64,000 bases of DNA from a candidate division FCPU426 bacterium (GTDB lineage: Bacteria > Oederibacteriota > Muellerivitia > Muellerivitales > Muellerivitaceae), in contig CAVTWJ010000022.1 of NCBI GenBank assembly GCA_963738405.1, positions 128,001-192,000 on the forward strand. The letters are read 5' to 3'. Of this stretch, positions 28,180 through 38,691 are shown in pieces (the first letter of the stretch is position 1; each line of letters starts with the position of its first letter). The notes beneath the pieces were generated by a model that did not search any database, was not told the origin of the DNA, and saw nothing but the letters and a program-made list of their open reading frames with translations. The translations under genes and the position numbers were made by a program.

Positions 28180-29889
28180 TTAATGAACGAGTCCAGCCAT
28201 ATACAAACCATCAACGTTTTGGATAAATATCCGCTTATCTTTTTTTGCCTGAACCAGGTTTTTTAAAATCGATTGATCGGAAAATACATAAAGGGCATTC
28301 GTAAGCAATTGGGCTGATTTCAATTCACCTAAAACCATAAAATCAGCTTCATCAAAAGCCTTCGGGTCTTTTCTCGCCGCCGACACCAAATTAAGGCCTA
28401 TTTGGCGTGGAGCCGCTATGAGCCCCAAAGGCATAAGGTAAGTCAAATCTTTTCTCGGATAAAAATAAACATTTTTACAATTTTTCACCGCTTCTCCCCA
28501 AACGAGGGAAGTCAGGATCGGTAGATGTTTTTCTTCCCCAAGTGTTTTTCGGACCGAGGTCATGAAAGGAAATAGATCGATAACTTGGACCAAAAGGGCA
28601 ACCATCAGGATCACGGATAATATTTTCCTCTCTTGGAAGTACCGGCTGTATACGAAAAATGTCCCGATCATAATGGAGTAAAAAGGGACCCAAAAAAAAC
28701 GCCCACAAGCCCTAAAAGAGATAAAAATCACCTTAAGGAAATAGGCAATTGATATTTTAAAAAGTACATGGTCCGCAATCGTCACCTTGTTTAAGATGGA
28801 ATATATTGAAAATATCAGACATACCATTAATAAAACAGAAGACGGTCGATTCCATATTGAGGTCGTGTTTTTCCAGCCCCCGCGCTTCAGGAAAAGTATG
28901 GCCGCCGCCCCCCCTAAAAGAACCAAGAATCCCAAACCCAGGTAATTAAACCCCTCGTATTGTCCCCCCGTCGCCATGGGCCAGCCCTTTAAAAAGGTTG
29001 AATCGCTTTCCGACTGAAGGGCTCCATTCATATGGGGATTCCAGCCCATGGGATTAAAAGGCGCCAAGAGATTCATCGAGTAAAAACCAAAATCTTGGGG
29101 GGGATCGGAGGACCAACAAGAAGGTTTAATAACGAAGTACCCCGACAAGTACATTGTTATTACTAAAAGGGCCAATAAAAAAACCAACTCCAATACTTTT
29201 ATTTTAATAAATTTAAATAACCCAAAAGAAAAGTGAAGAAACAACGAGGCCAGGTATAGGCCGATTACCATGACACATAGATAAAGATGTATTAATGCCG
29301 AAACCGCCAAGAGAATCATCCAGCGGGATCGGAAAGGCCATCTCGAGCTTTGATTCGCCCTTGCCTCGCTTGAGAGAATAAACAAATACAAAGCCGCCAA
29401 AAGAACCCAATGGCCCACAAGGGATTGGTGGTCGCAAGCCCTTTTCAACATGACGGGGCTTAGGACGAAAAAGCTCGCGGCCAACAATCTTTGAAGGGGG
29501 TTTGAAAATATTTTCGCGGCTAAAAGCCATCCAAAAAAACCCTGCGATAGGTAGCAAAACAGGATCCAAATCCCAAAATATTGAAAGGGCGAGGGCAGAA
29601 GGGTCCGTAAACATTTAAAGATGAACGCGAACAGCGGGATGGAATCCGTATAAGCCAGGGCCGTGCCCTCAGGAATTCCATAGGAAGCTATTTTACCCGG
29701 CGGAATTTGCCAATCTTCATACCTGAAAAAATTCCAACCCAGAAAATGCTGGGCGGGGTCACCCTCCATGAGCCATTCGATATGATTTGGGTTTAATGTA
29801 TTTAATCCAAAAACAGCGAAGAAGAATACCAAGCCCGCCAAAAGGCCAACAAGGGACGAATTGTATAGCCACGACACTCTTTTCATCAT
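28180..29889 (-). CDS. Polytopic membrane protein (DUF6311-like, GT-C-like)
   Basis: GDPAQHFLGWNFFR, YTDSIPL, QYFGIW, YEGFNYLG, FRACGRFFW. Confidence 0.7.
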   Translation of the reverse strand: MMKRVSWLYNSSLVGLLAGLVFFFAVFGLNTLNPNHIEWLMEGDPAQHFLGWNFFRYEDWQIPPGKIASYGIPEGTALAYTDSIPLFAFIFKCLRTLLPSPFQYFGIWILFCYLSQGFFGWLLAAKIFSNPLQRLLAASFFVLSPVMLKRACDHQSLVGHWVLLAALYLFILSSEARANQSSRWPFRSRWMILLAVSALIHLYLCVMVIGLYLASLFLHFSFGLFKFIKIKVLELVFLLALLVITMYLSGYFVIKPSCWSSDPPQDFGFYSMNLLAPFNPMGWNPHMNGALQSESDSTFLKGWPMATGGQYEGFNYLGLGFLVLLGGAAAILFLKRGGWKNTTSIWNRPSSVLLMVCLIFSIYSILNKVTIADHVLFKISIAYFLKVIFISFRACGRFFWVPFYSIMIGTFFVYSRYFQERKILSVILMVALLVQVIDLFPFMTSVRKTLGEEKHLPILTSLVWGEAVKNCKNVYFYPRKDLTYLMPLGLIAAPRQIGLNLVSAARKDPKAFDEADFMVLGELKSAQLLTNALYVFSDQSILKNLVQAKKDKRIFIQNVDGLYMAGLVH

Positions 29890-29935
29890 TTCGCCTTCTT
29901 GGTTCTTTTGATAATTCTTTCATTCAACCAGTGTA

Positions 29936-31534
29936 TCAGGGGATCTGTTTTATTCGATCATAAGGGGTGCATTGATTGCCGTCCAAATGCCGGGTGATTC
30001 CTGATTTATTGAATTTTTGGCCCCTATAAAATATCTTGGTTTTTTTCCGGTGAAGATCCCCTTCCAGCAATACTATCCGATCGGAAGAAGCGACCATCTT
30101 TCCATATTCGGGAATAATATCCATTTCGGTTGGCAACCCCGCGCGCGAACGTGAAGCCATGATGATCCTTTCATTGGTTAAAGCGTCAATGGTGTAGGCG
30201 GCTCCCCACTCTCCCAAACCCCGATTGATGCCCCATTCGTCCATCACATGGATTTCTTGCTTGGCGAGGGTGATTGTCGGTTGTTCGGGAAAATCAAGCA
30301 AATCCACCCCATGAAGAATGACGCGGCTTAAAAACAAAACCAATAAAAGACTACCCAAAAGGGGAATCCACTTCCCTTTCCATTCCATTAAACGTCCAAA
30401 AAAAACACCGAGGAAAACCGAGAAAATGATCGAAGAAACGTAAAGATAACGCCGGGGTTCCCAGAAATCCCCGTGGGACTGCTGAGCTAAAACGACAGCT
30501 AAAAAATTGAAAAAGACCGTAGTTGTCATCAATAGCATGGGATAATTCTCGGCTTTGAACGAATCAAAGATAGTTATACCCATGAAAAGCACAACCAGAG
30601 CGGCAATCGCGGAAAAAAAGATATCCATAAAACTTCTCGGATAAATGTAATAGGGCGACGTGAAATATCCGCTCACGGGAGCGCGGGAATAAAAATGCGC
30701 GTCGAAATAGGCCGGAATGCTTTTGAAAAGATAATGTAGGTTGTCCAACATCATGTGCAGCGGAGCTAGGGCGGAAAACCGCAGGTAATCCCGATGAAAC
30801 CACCTGTAGTAAAAGTCAGGCGAGTCACCTAATAGGTATCCGACCATGAGTCCTAAACCAAAACGCAAAAGTGGCTGTTTCTTGAAATCCCGGGACCGGA
30901 ACAGGGCCAAAGCCAGGACGCAAGCTGGTATGGCCGGGATAAACTGCTTGCCCAGATACATTCCCAAGCCGATGGTAAACCCCAGCAAAAAGAAGCGAAG
31001 GGTGGAAACTCCCTTTTCAATCATGAGGTGGGTTTCCAGTAAAACCAACATGGTCCAGAAGACAGCAAGGGGATAGCCCACAAACGGCATCGTACTTTGA
31101 TGAAGGGTGTAGGGAACCCCAATTACCACCACTATCCCTCCAATTATCCCGTAAAACTTTGATGTACCCTGAGTTAAAAGGTAAACACCCAGGGAGGCTG
31201 CCAGGGACCATGCCAAAAGAGACACCGCGGATACCACCGGGATGGAAGGCCCCAGCCATTTGCAAAGTAACCCGGCCAAATAGAAGGGCGGACTCCCCTG
31301 ATAATCATTTCCAAAAGTATAAAGGGGATTGTCCCCACGGGAAATACGTACTGCCATCAAATAGTTAACCGCCGCATCCCCATCAAATTGGAGATCCCAC
31401 CTGAATAAAAATGGAATACGAATAAGGAAGGATAGGACGCCAAAAAAAGCCGCAATGATCGAAGGTTTGAAAGGAATCAGATTCAGCTTATCCTTTAATT
31501 TTAAAAAGAAGGAGGAATCTCCAGATGAAAACAT
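29936..31534 (-). CDS. GT-C-like membrane glycosyltransferase, paralog of 34145..35707
   Basis: DGDAAVNYLMA...YTFGNDYQG; many TMs; RRYL. Confidence 0.7.
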   Translation of the reverse strand: MFSSGDSSFFLKLKDKLNLIPFKPSIIAAFFGVLSFLIRIPFLFRWDLQFDGDAAVNYLMAVRISRGDNPLYTFGNDYQGSPPFYLAGLLCKWLGPSIPVVSAVSLLAWSLAASLGVYLLTQGTSKFYGIIGGIVVVIGVPYTLHQSTMPFVGYPLAVFWTMLVLLETHLMIEKGVSTLRFFLLGFTIGLGMYLGKQFIPAIPACVLALALFRSRDFKKQPLLRFGLGLMVGYLLGDSPDFYYRWFHRDYLRFSALAPLHMMLDNLHYLFKSIPAYFDAHFYSRAPVSGYFTSPYYIYPRSFMDIFFSAIAALVVLFMGITIFDSFKAENYPMLLMTTTVFFNFLAVVLAQQSHGDFWEPRRYLYVSSIIFSVFLGVFFGRLMEWKGKWIPLLGSLLLVLFLSRVILHGVDLLDFPEQPTITLAKQEIHVMDEWGINRGLGEWGAAYTIDALTNERIIMASRSRAGLPTEMDIIPEYGKMVASSDRIVLLEGDLHRKKTKIFYRGQKFNKSGITRHLDGNQCTPYDRIKQIP

Positions 31535-31599
31535 GATTTCAGTTAACCTCGGGCCATTTTTCGATGAGTATTCGCAAATGAAAACTTTTCAATATCCAC

Positions 31600-33009
31600 T
31601 TAAGGTGAGAATTTGCCCATAAGAATCGTTAGGGGATGACTGTTCCAATAACCATCCATAGCGCCCAACGCGTTGATGCCGAATGATAAAAGACATAAGA
31701 AAACAAATGCTCGTCGGCGCCATTTTCCCCAATTCGGAAAGGATTCCAAACTGTAAAAAATGGGAATCATAAGAAAAAGAATGACCGGCACAATTTCCCG
31801 GGGCCCAAAACTCCAGGTGGCTTCCCAATCATCCATGCAGGCCATCAACAGGTAATAGCAAATAAACCCGCTCCCCCAAACCCAGGCCTCCGCACCCTTT
31901 TCCAAAAGGAACTTTTTCCACGAAAAGAGGACCGGAAACACAAGCGGCAAAAAAGCGGGAATACCGTGGTTAATTGAAAGCCAAAACCCCCAAATTCCCT
32001 CGAAATTTTTTCCATAAACGTGGGTCACAGGGGAATCGAAAGGTTTTACGTTTCCAAAAACAGGACTCTGTGAAAATTGGAAGGGCGAACCAAAAAGTTT
32101 ATTGTTCAAGTATAAATAAAAAGCAAAGGCAATTCCGGGGCCGATGGACATTCGAAACAGGTTCCCCCAATCCTTTCTCGAAATCCATAACGCGTAGAGC
32201 GGGAAAATTAAAAGGGCCAAGGGGGGCTTCATCAGCATACCAATACCCAAGAGAATGCCGGACCAAAATCCCGATTTTTTATCAAATGCCACGAAATAGC
32301 CCGCCAAGCCAAAAAGGACAAGGAAGGGTTCGGTAAAAAGGGTTCGGCCATAGGCCCAGAGGGGCGTTCCTAAAAAGACAATGAAAGTGGATCCATTAAT
32401 AACCCAAGGGTTTTCCGTATAACGGCTTATCACTTTGCGGAAAAGAAAGACCGAAAGAAGGACAGCCAGATTAGCTAGGAGAAGGGCAAGGGGTTCCACA
32501 TAAGGCGTGTTTCGAAAGGGCCAAAGCACCGAGGCGAGTAAAAAAGGCATTCCATAGGGATGGCAGGAATAAGCACGCAGGGATGAACCATCGATTCCAG
32601 GTTTCAGGAGTGGCACTAGATGTCCTTCAGTGTCTTTCTTCCAAGTGGAGGGATCTTCGTATACCTGTGTCCAAACAAGCATTTTTCCCGACGTCAAGTA
32701 AACCGCGTGTGGGTCTATGGGAGATCCCGCATATTTTCTCCCCGCGTCTGTGGAACCTTTCCAAACTTCCTCATAATTATTTTTCAAGTCCCAATCCCCG
32801 TCTTTTACTAAGCTGTTGATCATAATCAAATAATGAGGTTCATCCCCGCCTTTCACCCAGGGCATTCCAAAATGCCACCCATGAAAGAACAGGGGGGGAA
32901 AAAGAAGCATAACCAAACAGGTAAGAACCATCCTGCCTGAGGAGAAAAAACGAATGACGTTTCGGATAAAACCAGGCATCTGCCATTGATCGGCCGGATT
33001 AAAATTCAT
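31600..33009 (-). CDS. GT-C-like membrane glycosyltransferase
   Basis: GGDEPHY..SLVKDGDWDL, TPLWAY...FTEP, FGPRE. Confidence 0.7.
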   Translation of the reverse strand: MNFNPADQWQMPGFIRNVIRFFSSGRMVLTCLVMLLFPPLFFHGWHFGMPWVKGGDEPHYLIMINSLVKDGDWDLKNNYEEVWKGSTDAGRKYAGSPIDPHAVYLTSGKMLVWTQVYEDPSTWKKDTEGHLVPLLKPGIDGSSLRAYSCHPYGMPFLLASVLWPFRNTPYVEPLALLLANLAVLLSVFLFRKVISRYTENPWVINGSTFIVFLGTPLWAYGRTLFTEPFLVLFGLAGYFVAFDKKSGFWSGILLGIGMLMKPPLALLIFPLYALWISRKDWGNLFRMSIGPGIAFAFYLYLNNKLFGSPFQFSQSPVFGNVKPFDSPVTHVYGKNFEGIWGFWLSINHGIPAFLPLVFPVLFSWKKFLLEKGAEAWVWGSGFICYYLLMACMDDWEATWSFGPREIVPVILFLMIPIFYSLESFPNWGKWRRRAFVFLCLLSFGINALGAMDGYWNSHPLTILMGKFSP

Positions 33010-33392
33010 GTATCATTTTCCTTGAAGAATGAAAATCTTGTTTCCCAGGCCCTGACCATCAGACTCGCACGCGAATTTAGCTTGATTCGGGATTTACAGG
33101 ATTACTCTTCCGGCAACCTTGCCGGGTAACGGGCCGCTCATTATATTGCCAATTCACGTTTTCCATCTGATTTTGGCTTTAATGGCCAAAGCCGGAAGGC
33201 CGAAACACTCTAACAGGCTACAAACTGCCACAAAAAACCGCAAAAAGTCCTTTCTATGTGTCGAAATCTAACTATCAGCACAAAAGGGTCTTTCAACATT
33301 TTTGGACCCGACTTCAAATATTTTGTGGAAAAATCCCCCGGCAATGAAAATAAAAGGTTTATATTTCACCTTTACTCAAAGGACCAAATCAA

Positions 33393-34148
33393 ATGCCCCG
33401 GCCTCTCAAACAACCCAAATCCAACAGAAAAAAGAACCCATCTCAAGTTTGGGATGGCCAGCGGGAAACCCTCGACGATCTTTCCGCCGCCATCAACTAT
33501 AACCGTTGGATTTACGGGATTTTGCGCCCCTACATCGGGAAGCGAATTCTGGAAATTGGTTGCGGAACGGGCAACATTACCAGCTTTTTAGCCCAGCACG
33601 GGCAGGTTCTCGCCACCGACCTGCATTCAGGTTATTTAAAGTCAGCCCAGAAGCGCCTCAAGGGCACGAAGGGAATCCGTTTTAAAAAAATCAACCTGGA
33701 CGATTCCCTCTCATCCCTGCGCGGATTCAAAGCCGACAGCATCATTTGCGTCAACGTTTTGGAGCACATTTCCAATGACAACGCCGTTCTTAAAGAATGC
33801 TATAAACTCCTACCGCCAGGAGGAAAATTAATGCTTTTTGTTCCCGCGCTTCAATTTTTATTCGGAACCATGGATAAAAGTTATGGCCATCACCGACGGT
33901 ATGATCGAAGAGAATTAATTCAAAAAATAGAAAAAGCAGGGTTCAAAGTGGACTATTGCCGTTACCTAAACCTATTGGGCATTTTAGGTTGGTGGCTGAA
34001 TGGTAAAATTCTAAAGCGAAAAATCATACCTAAAGGCCAGATGCTGCTCTACGATCGAATCGTCAGCGTTTCACAGCACATCGAAAAATACCTTCCAAAA
34101 CCTATCGGATTGTCCCTTTTCTGCGCCGCTACCAAGCTGCCTCAATGA
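33393..34148 (+). CDS. Class I SAM-dependent methyltransferase
   Basis: ILEIGCGTG, NVLEHI, LPPGG, VPA, GHHRRY. Confidence 0.88.
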   Translation: MPRPLKQPKSNRKKNPSQVWDGQRETLDDLSAAINYNRWIYGILRPYIGKRILEIGCGTGNITSFLAQHGQVLATDLHSGYLKSAQKRLKGTKGIRFKKINLDDSLSSLRGFKADSIICVNVLEHISNDNAVLKECYKLLPPGGKLMLFVPALQFLFGTMDKSYGHHRRYDRRELIQKIEKAGFKVDYCRYLNLLGILGWWLNGKILKRKIIPKGQMLLYDRIVSVSQHIEKYLPKPIGLSLFCAATKLPQ

Positions 34149-35707
34149 AGGAATACATGATCAAAATACAGGAACGATTCAACCGTTTCCCGTTCGGCCC
34201 CGGATGGGTCTCCGTATTTTTTGGGGTTCTTTCGTTCGTCCTACGCATTCCCTTTTTATTCCGATACGACCTTCATTTAGGCGGGGATGCCTCCACTTGC
34301 TATTTAATGGCATTAAGGATTTTAGGCGGGGACCGACCTCTTTATTTCTATGGGCAAGATTACCAAGGGGCCGCCGAAGCCTACTTAGCGGCCGGCTTGT
34401 TCAAAATTTTCGGACCTTCCATCCCCCTCGCAGGTGCCGTCAGTCTTTTCGAATGGTCCCTGGCTGTCGGAGCGGGGGTCTACCTGCTTATCAAAGGCGC
34501 CTCGAAATACCACGGCATTCTCGGCGGCCTTTTCGCAGCGGTGGCGGTTCCCTACACTCTTCATTACGTGGTCGTTCCCTATTGGGGCTATCCGGGAGGG
34601 CTTCTCTTGGGAATGCTGGCGCTCTTGCCGGCCTGTGCCATCCTGGAAAAAGGTCCGTCCCCTTCCCGTTTCATCCTATTGGGTTTCATCACCGGATTCG
34701 GGCTATTTGTGGGAAAGCAATGCGTCCCAGGCCTTGCGGCGGCCTTTCTTACGCTTTTCGTATTGAACTCAGGGCTATGGAATTGGCGCAAGTTGAAAAA
34801 TCCGGCCTGGCCTCTTTCAACGATTTTTGGGTTCCTGGCCGGATACTGCCCCGAGATCCTTTATAGGCTGGGACATACCGCCACGAGGGATTTCACCGGT
34901 TCCGCCACACCCATCATGCTTTGGAACAATTTCCGGAACATGCTGAAATCCATACCGGCCTATTTCGACGCCCAGCCCATATCCCGATCCCCCGAGGCGG
35001 TTTACTATTTCATTAGGGATATGCACGGCCTTATTTATCCCAAGAGCCCGCTTGATATTCTCTATTGCGTTATCGGATTTGGGGTTTTGTATTTCGCCTA
35101 CAAGGAATTAAAGAAATCCTTCCTCGAAAAAAACGTTCCCCTTTTTCTTCTATCCTCCCTTCTTTTCATCAATGTCGCGGCGGTCATTGTCAGCCGACAA
35201 ACCAACGGCGAATTCTCGAACGCCAGACGTTACCTTTACTCTTCGGCCATCGTTTTTTCCCTATTCGCCGGATATTTCCTGGCGGATGTCTTGGTTAAAA
35301 ATTCAAAGAGAATCCCGATCCTGGCTGCGTTTTTGGGGGTACTTTTTATCGGGCGCGTTTTTATCCATGAATTTTTTCTTATAACATCCTCTGATGAATT
35401 GAGGGAAATCCGCTGGGTGATCGCGGATATGAAATCCCAAGGTTATGACCGGGGTTTAGCGAACTGGGGCACGGCTTATATAGCGGATGCCATCACCAAC
35501 CAACAAACCATCATCGCGGGAGATAACGGGGAGCGGATACCTGAATACGCCCAAGAGGTTTCACAAGCAGAAAAAGTTGGCTTGATTGGCCTCAAAACAG
35601 AACCCATTGAAAAGATAATTCTTTTTAACGGAATTTCTTTTCAACAGGTTGGAGCCCCCCGTGAAAATGAGACTTTCAGATGGATTCCCTATCAGCGAGT
35701 AAAATAA
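34145..35707 (+). CDS. GT-C-like membrane glycosyltransferase, paralog of 29936..31534
   Basis: GGDASTCYLMA...YFYGQDYQG; many TMs; RRYL; ATGA overlap with the methyltransferase. Confidence 0.7.
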   Translation: MKEYMIKIQERFNRFPFGPGWVSVFFGVLSFVLRIPFLFRYDLHLGGDASTCYLMALRILGGDRPLYFYGQDYQGAAEAYLAAGLFKIFGPSIPLAGAVSLFEWSLAVGAGVYLLIKGASKYHGILGGLFAAVAVPYTLHYVVVPYWGYPGGLLLGMLALLPACAILEKGPSPSRFILLGFITGFGLFVGKQCVPGLAAAFLTLFVLNSGLWNWRKLKNPAWPLSTIFGFLAGYCPEILYRLGHTATRDFTGSATPIMLWNNFRNMLKSIPAYFDAQPISRSPEAVYYFIRDMHGLIYPKSPLDILYCVIGFGVLYFAYKELKKSFLEKNVPLFLLSSLLFINVAAVIVSRQTNGEFSNARRYLYSSAIVFSLFAGYFLADVLVKNSKRIPILAAFLGVLFIGRVFIHEFFLITSSDELREIRWVIADMKSQGYDRGLANWGTAYIADAITNQQTIIAGDNGERIPEYAQEVSQAEKVGLIGLKTEPIEKIILFNGISFQQVGAPRENETFRWIPYQRVK

Positions 35708-35710
35708 ATT

Positions 35711-36460
35711 TTAAGCGCGGGATTTGGGGCGATAACGCCCAGCCAATTCGTTCCATCGGATCAGGGCCAGGTCCAGAAACATGGTCAGTGAATCTCGGAC
35801 CACGTGCACCTTGGACCCCGGCGCGTCGAACCATTCGACCGGGGCTTCCACCACAGAAAAGCCTAGTTTGCGGGCGATAAAAAGAATTTCCACGTCAAAT
35901 CCGAAACGTTCAATCGTCTGAAGTGGAAAAACCGCCTGGGCGGCTCTCCTGCGAAAGGCCTTGAAACCACATTGGGTGTCCTGGATTCCCGGAGTAGCCG
36001 CCAATTGAACCAGAATATTGAAGAAACGGCCCATGGCCTCTCGATATAAAGGCTGGTGAACCTTCACCATACTTCGGTCAACCGCCCGGCTTCCTACCAC
36101 CACATCAAAACCTTTGGCAAAAAGCGGCCTGAAACGTTCATATTGATTAATAGGGGTGGCGTTGTCCGCGTCCATAAAAAGGACGAAATCACCCCTGGCT
36201 TCCAAGGCCCCCCGCTTCACTGCGGCGCCCTTTCCCTGGTTGGTTTCCTGCTTCAAAACTTTAAATACGCCTTTACCCGCTTTGCGGCTGAAACTTTGTA
36301 CCATCGTCAGCGTTCCATCTGTGGAACCGTCATCCACGATGAGAATCTCAAAAGAATTCTTGGACTTCTTGAGGTAGGCTAAGGATTCGGCCAGGGTCTT
36401 TCCCAGGCGTTTTTCCTCGTTGTAAACCGGTATCACGACCGATAGTTCAAGCCGTTTCAA
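35711..36460 (-). CDS. Polyprenyl-phosphate glycosyltransferase (GT2, Alg5-like)
   Basis: VVIPVYNE, VDDGSTD, NQGKGAAV, FMDAD, DTQCGFK, FGFDVE; TTG 36460 overlaps the rmlD end. Confidence 0.9.
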   Translation of the reverse strand: MKRLELSVVIPVYNEEKRLGKTLAESLAYLKKSKNSFEILIVDDGSTDGTLTMVQSFSRKAGKGVFKVLKQETNQGKGAAVKRGALEARGDFVLFMDADNATPINQYERFRPLFAKGFDVVVGSRAVDRSMVKVHQPLYREAMGRFFNILVQLAATPGIQDTQCGFKAFRRRAAQAVFPLQTIERFGFDVEILFIARKLGFSVVEAPVEWFDAPGSKVHVVRDSLTMFLDLALIRWNELAGRYRPKSRA

Positions 36461-37319
36461 TGCCAAGTTCCTTTGAAAGATATTCATCCAGGGCCTCAAT
36501 CCAAGGCCTGATGGGCTTTCCCAAGACCCCTTCCGCCTTGGCCAAATTGAACCGGGAATTAGGGGGTCTGGCCGCGGGCCTAAAGACAATTTCAGTTGAG
36601 GCCGGTACCAACCGGCATTGAGTCAGCTTTGTCTTTTTCTGGATGGCGGCGGCGAAATCATACCATGAGGCAAAACCCGAGTTGGCGAAATGAAACGTTC
36701 CGGAAGGAACCTTTCGTTCAAGCAATTCTAGAGCGAACCAAGCCAAATCGGGCGCGTAGGTGGGGGCTCCGACCTGATCCGAAACCACCTCTGCTTTGGG
36801 CCGGGTTCGGAATGTTTCCATCATGGTCGTCACAAAATTCTTTCGGCTTCCGGGGCCATAAAGCCAGGAGGTTCGGATAATGTAATGGTCAGGGTTTTCG
36901 GCTTGCAGGAGCCTTTCCCCTTCCCATTTGGTACGGCCATAGGCGTTGATGGGATTGGGTGGATCGGTTTCTTCATAAGGATCTTCTTTAGAGCCATCAA
37001 AAACATAATCGGTGGAAAAGTGGATCAAAAAACGGCCCTTTTGCCGGCAAAATCGGGCCAACCATGCTACCCCGGCGCCATTGACGGCCTGGGCCACGGG
37101 AAACTGGGAGGGATCCTCACAATAATCCACCCGGGTGTACCCGGTGCAGTTGATCAAAACCTCGAAGTCGTTCTCCCGGAAAAACTTTTCCAAAAGAAGC
37201 GGGCGGGTTAAGTCCGCCCCTTCCCGTGAGGGGGTCAGTATCTGGTGGGACCGGCGGGTACATTCCTGGGCCATCTTGGAACCCAACATGCCCGTGGCAC
37301 CCAAAAGGGCGATCTTCAA
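36447..37319 (-). CDS. rmlD: dTDP-4-dehydrorhamnose reductase
   Basis: GATGMLG, HFSTDYVFDG, YGRTK, RTSWLY, DQVGAPT. Confidence 0.93.
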   Translation of the reverse strand: MKIALLGATGMLGSKMAQECTRRSHQILTPSREGADLTRPLLLEKFFRENDFEVLINCTGYTRVDYCEDPSQFPVAQAVNGAGVAWLARFCRQKGRFLIHFSTDYVFDGSKEDPYEETDPPNPINAYGRTKWEGERLLQAENPDHYIIRTSWLYGPGSRKNFVTTMMETFRTRPKAEVVSDQVGAPTYAPDLAWFALELLERKVPSGTFHFANSGFASWYDFAAAIQKKTKLTQCRLVPASTEIVFRPAARPPNSRFNLAKAEGVLGKPIRPWIEALDEYLSKELGIETA

Positions 37320-37340
37320 TGGATCATATCTCCAAAACGC

Positions 37341-38648
37341 TTAACCGAAATCAAGCACTTCGCCCCGGCCCATGCCGTAATAGGCGAAACCCTCCTCGGA
37401 AAGCTCCTCATTACTGTACATGTTGCGGCCATCGATAACGACCGCCTGCCGCATCAATCCCTTGAGTTTCTTGAAATCCACCTGTTTGAACTCGTTCCAC
37501 TCAGTCAAAATTAAAACCGCGTCCGCGCCCTGGCAGGCCTCATAAGGATTTTTAGCGAACTTAACCCTTTTAAAGAGACTGTGAGCCTTCCCCATAGCTA
37601 CCGGATCATAGACCTTTAGCCGGGCCTTGGCCTTGAGAAGGGCGGGGATGATTGTGAGGGACGGCGCCTCACGCAAATCGTCCGTATTGGGTTTGAAGGA
37701 AAGGCCCCACACCGCTAGAGTCTTGCCCTTTAGGGGTCCCAGGACCCGCCGAATCTTCTGAAGAAACTTAATTCGTTGGTTTTGATTCACATCGATGACC
37801 TGGGGCAGGATGCGGAAAGCCGCCTTGCTTTTCTGCCCTATCTTCACCAAAGCTGAAACATCCTTTGGGAAGCAGCTTCCGCCGAAACCCAACCCCGCGT
37901 TCAAAAACTGACCACCGATTCTAGGGTCATAAGACATTCCCTTGGAAACCTGCCCTATATCCGCACCCAGGGCATCGCAAAGATTGGCAATTTCATTGAT
38001 AAATGAGATTTTCGTGGCCAGAAAAGCGTTCGAGGCGTATTTGATCATTTCGGCGCTTTTTAAATCGGTAATGAGAATAGGACAGTTGAGGGATTTGTAA
38101 ATTTCGGCCACCTTTTGAGCCGCCGAACGGCGTGTAGCGCCGATGACCACCCGGTCTGGGCGAAGCAGGTCTGTGACCGCCGATCCCTCCCGCAGGAACT
38201 CGGGGTTGGAGACCACGTCGAAAGTCACGTCTTTGGGGCCGTTCTTGATGATGATTTGGGTCACCACGTCCCCCATGCCGATGGGAACGGTGCTTTTATT
38301 GATGATGATCTTGTACCGGTTAATGGCCTTGGCGATACCCTTGGCCACAGCCTTAACGTTGGAAATATCCGCTTCCCCATCCTTGCCTGGAGGGGTGCTA
38401 ACGGCGATGAAGATGAAATCGGAACCCTGGACCGCTTTTGTCAGGTCAGTCGTGAAAGTAAGGCGTTTGCCCATGTTGCGGTGAACAACCTCTTCTAAGC
38501 CCGGCTCAAATATCGGAACGACTCCCTTTTTCAGACCCTGAATTTTTTTTCGGTCCACATCCACGCAAATGACCTGGTTTCCCAAGTCCGCGAAACAGGA
38601 CCCGGTCACCAAACCTACGTAACCCGTTCCCACTACGGCGATACGCAT
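37341..38648 (-). CDS. ugd: UDP-glucose/GDP-mannose 6-dehydrogenase
   Basis: GTGYVG, NKSTVP, NPEFLREG, GGSCFPKD, FKPNTDD. Confidence 0.95.
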   Translation of the reverse strand: MRIAVVGTGYVGLVTGSCFADLGNQVICVDVDRKKIQGLKKGVVPIFEPGLEEVVHRNMGKRLTFTTDLTKAVQGSDFIFIAVSTPPGKDGEADISNVKAVAKGIAKAINRYKIIINKSTVPIGMGDVVTQIIIKNGPKDVTFDVVSNPEFLREGSAVTDLLRPDRVVIGATRRSAAQKVAEIYKSLNCPILITDLKSAEMIKYASNAFLATKISFINEIANLCDALGADIGQVSKGMSYDPRIGGQFLNAGLGFGGSCFPKDVSALVKIGQKSKAAFRILPQVIDVNQNQRIKFLQKIRRVLGPLKGKTLAVWGLSFKPNTDDLREAPSLTIIPALLKAKARLKVYDPVAMGKAHSLFKRVKFAKNPYEACQGADAVLILTEWNEFKQVDFKKLKGLMRQAVVIDGRNMYSNEELSEEGFAYYGMGRGEVLDFG

Positions 38649-38691
38649 AAAAACTCCTTGGCCTCATCAGGCCTAAAAATTCGCCTTAGAA

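Noticed and set aside
28691..32900. Phase-variable homopolymers (A8 at about 28692, G7 at about 32892)
   Set aside because: Tracts are short, similar runs are common in this window, and the reading frames are intact
33165..33210. Hammerhead-like CTGA...GCCGGAAGGCCGAAAC
   Set aside because: The conserved GA before stem II is missing and no stem I/III pairing or cleavage triplet could be built
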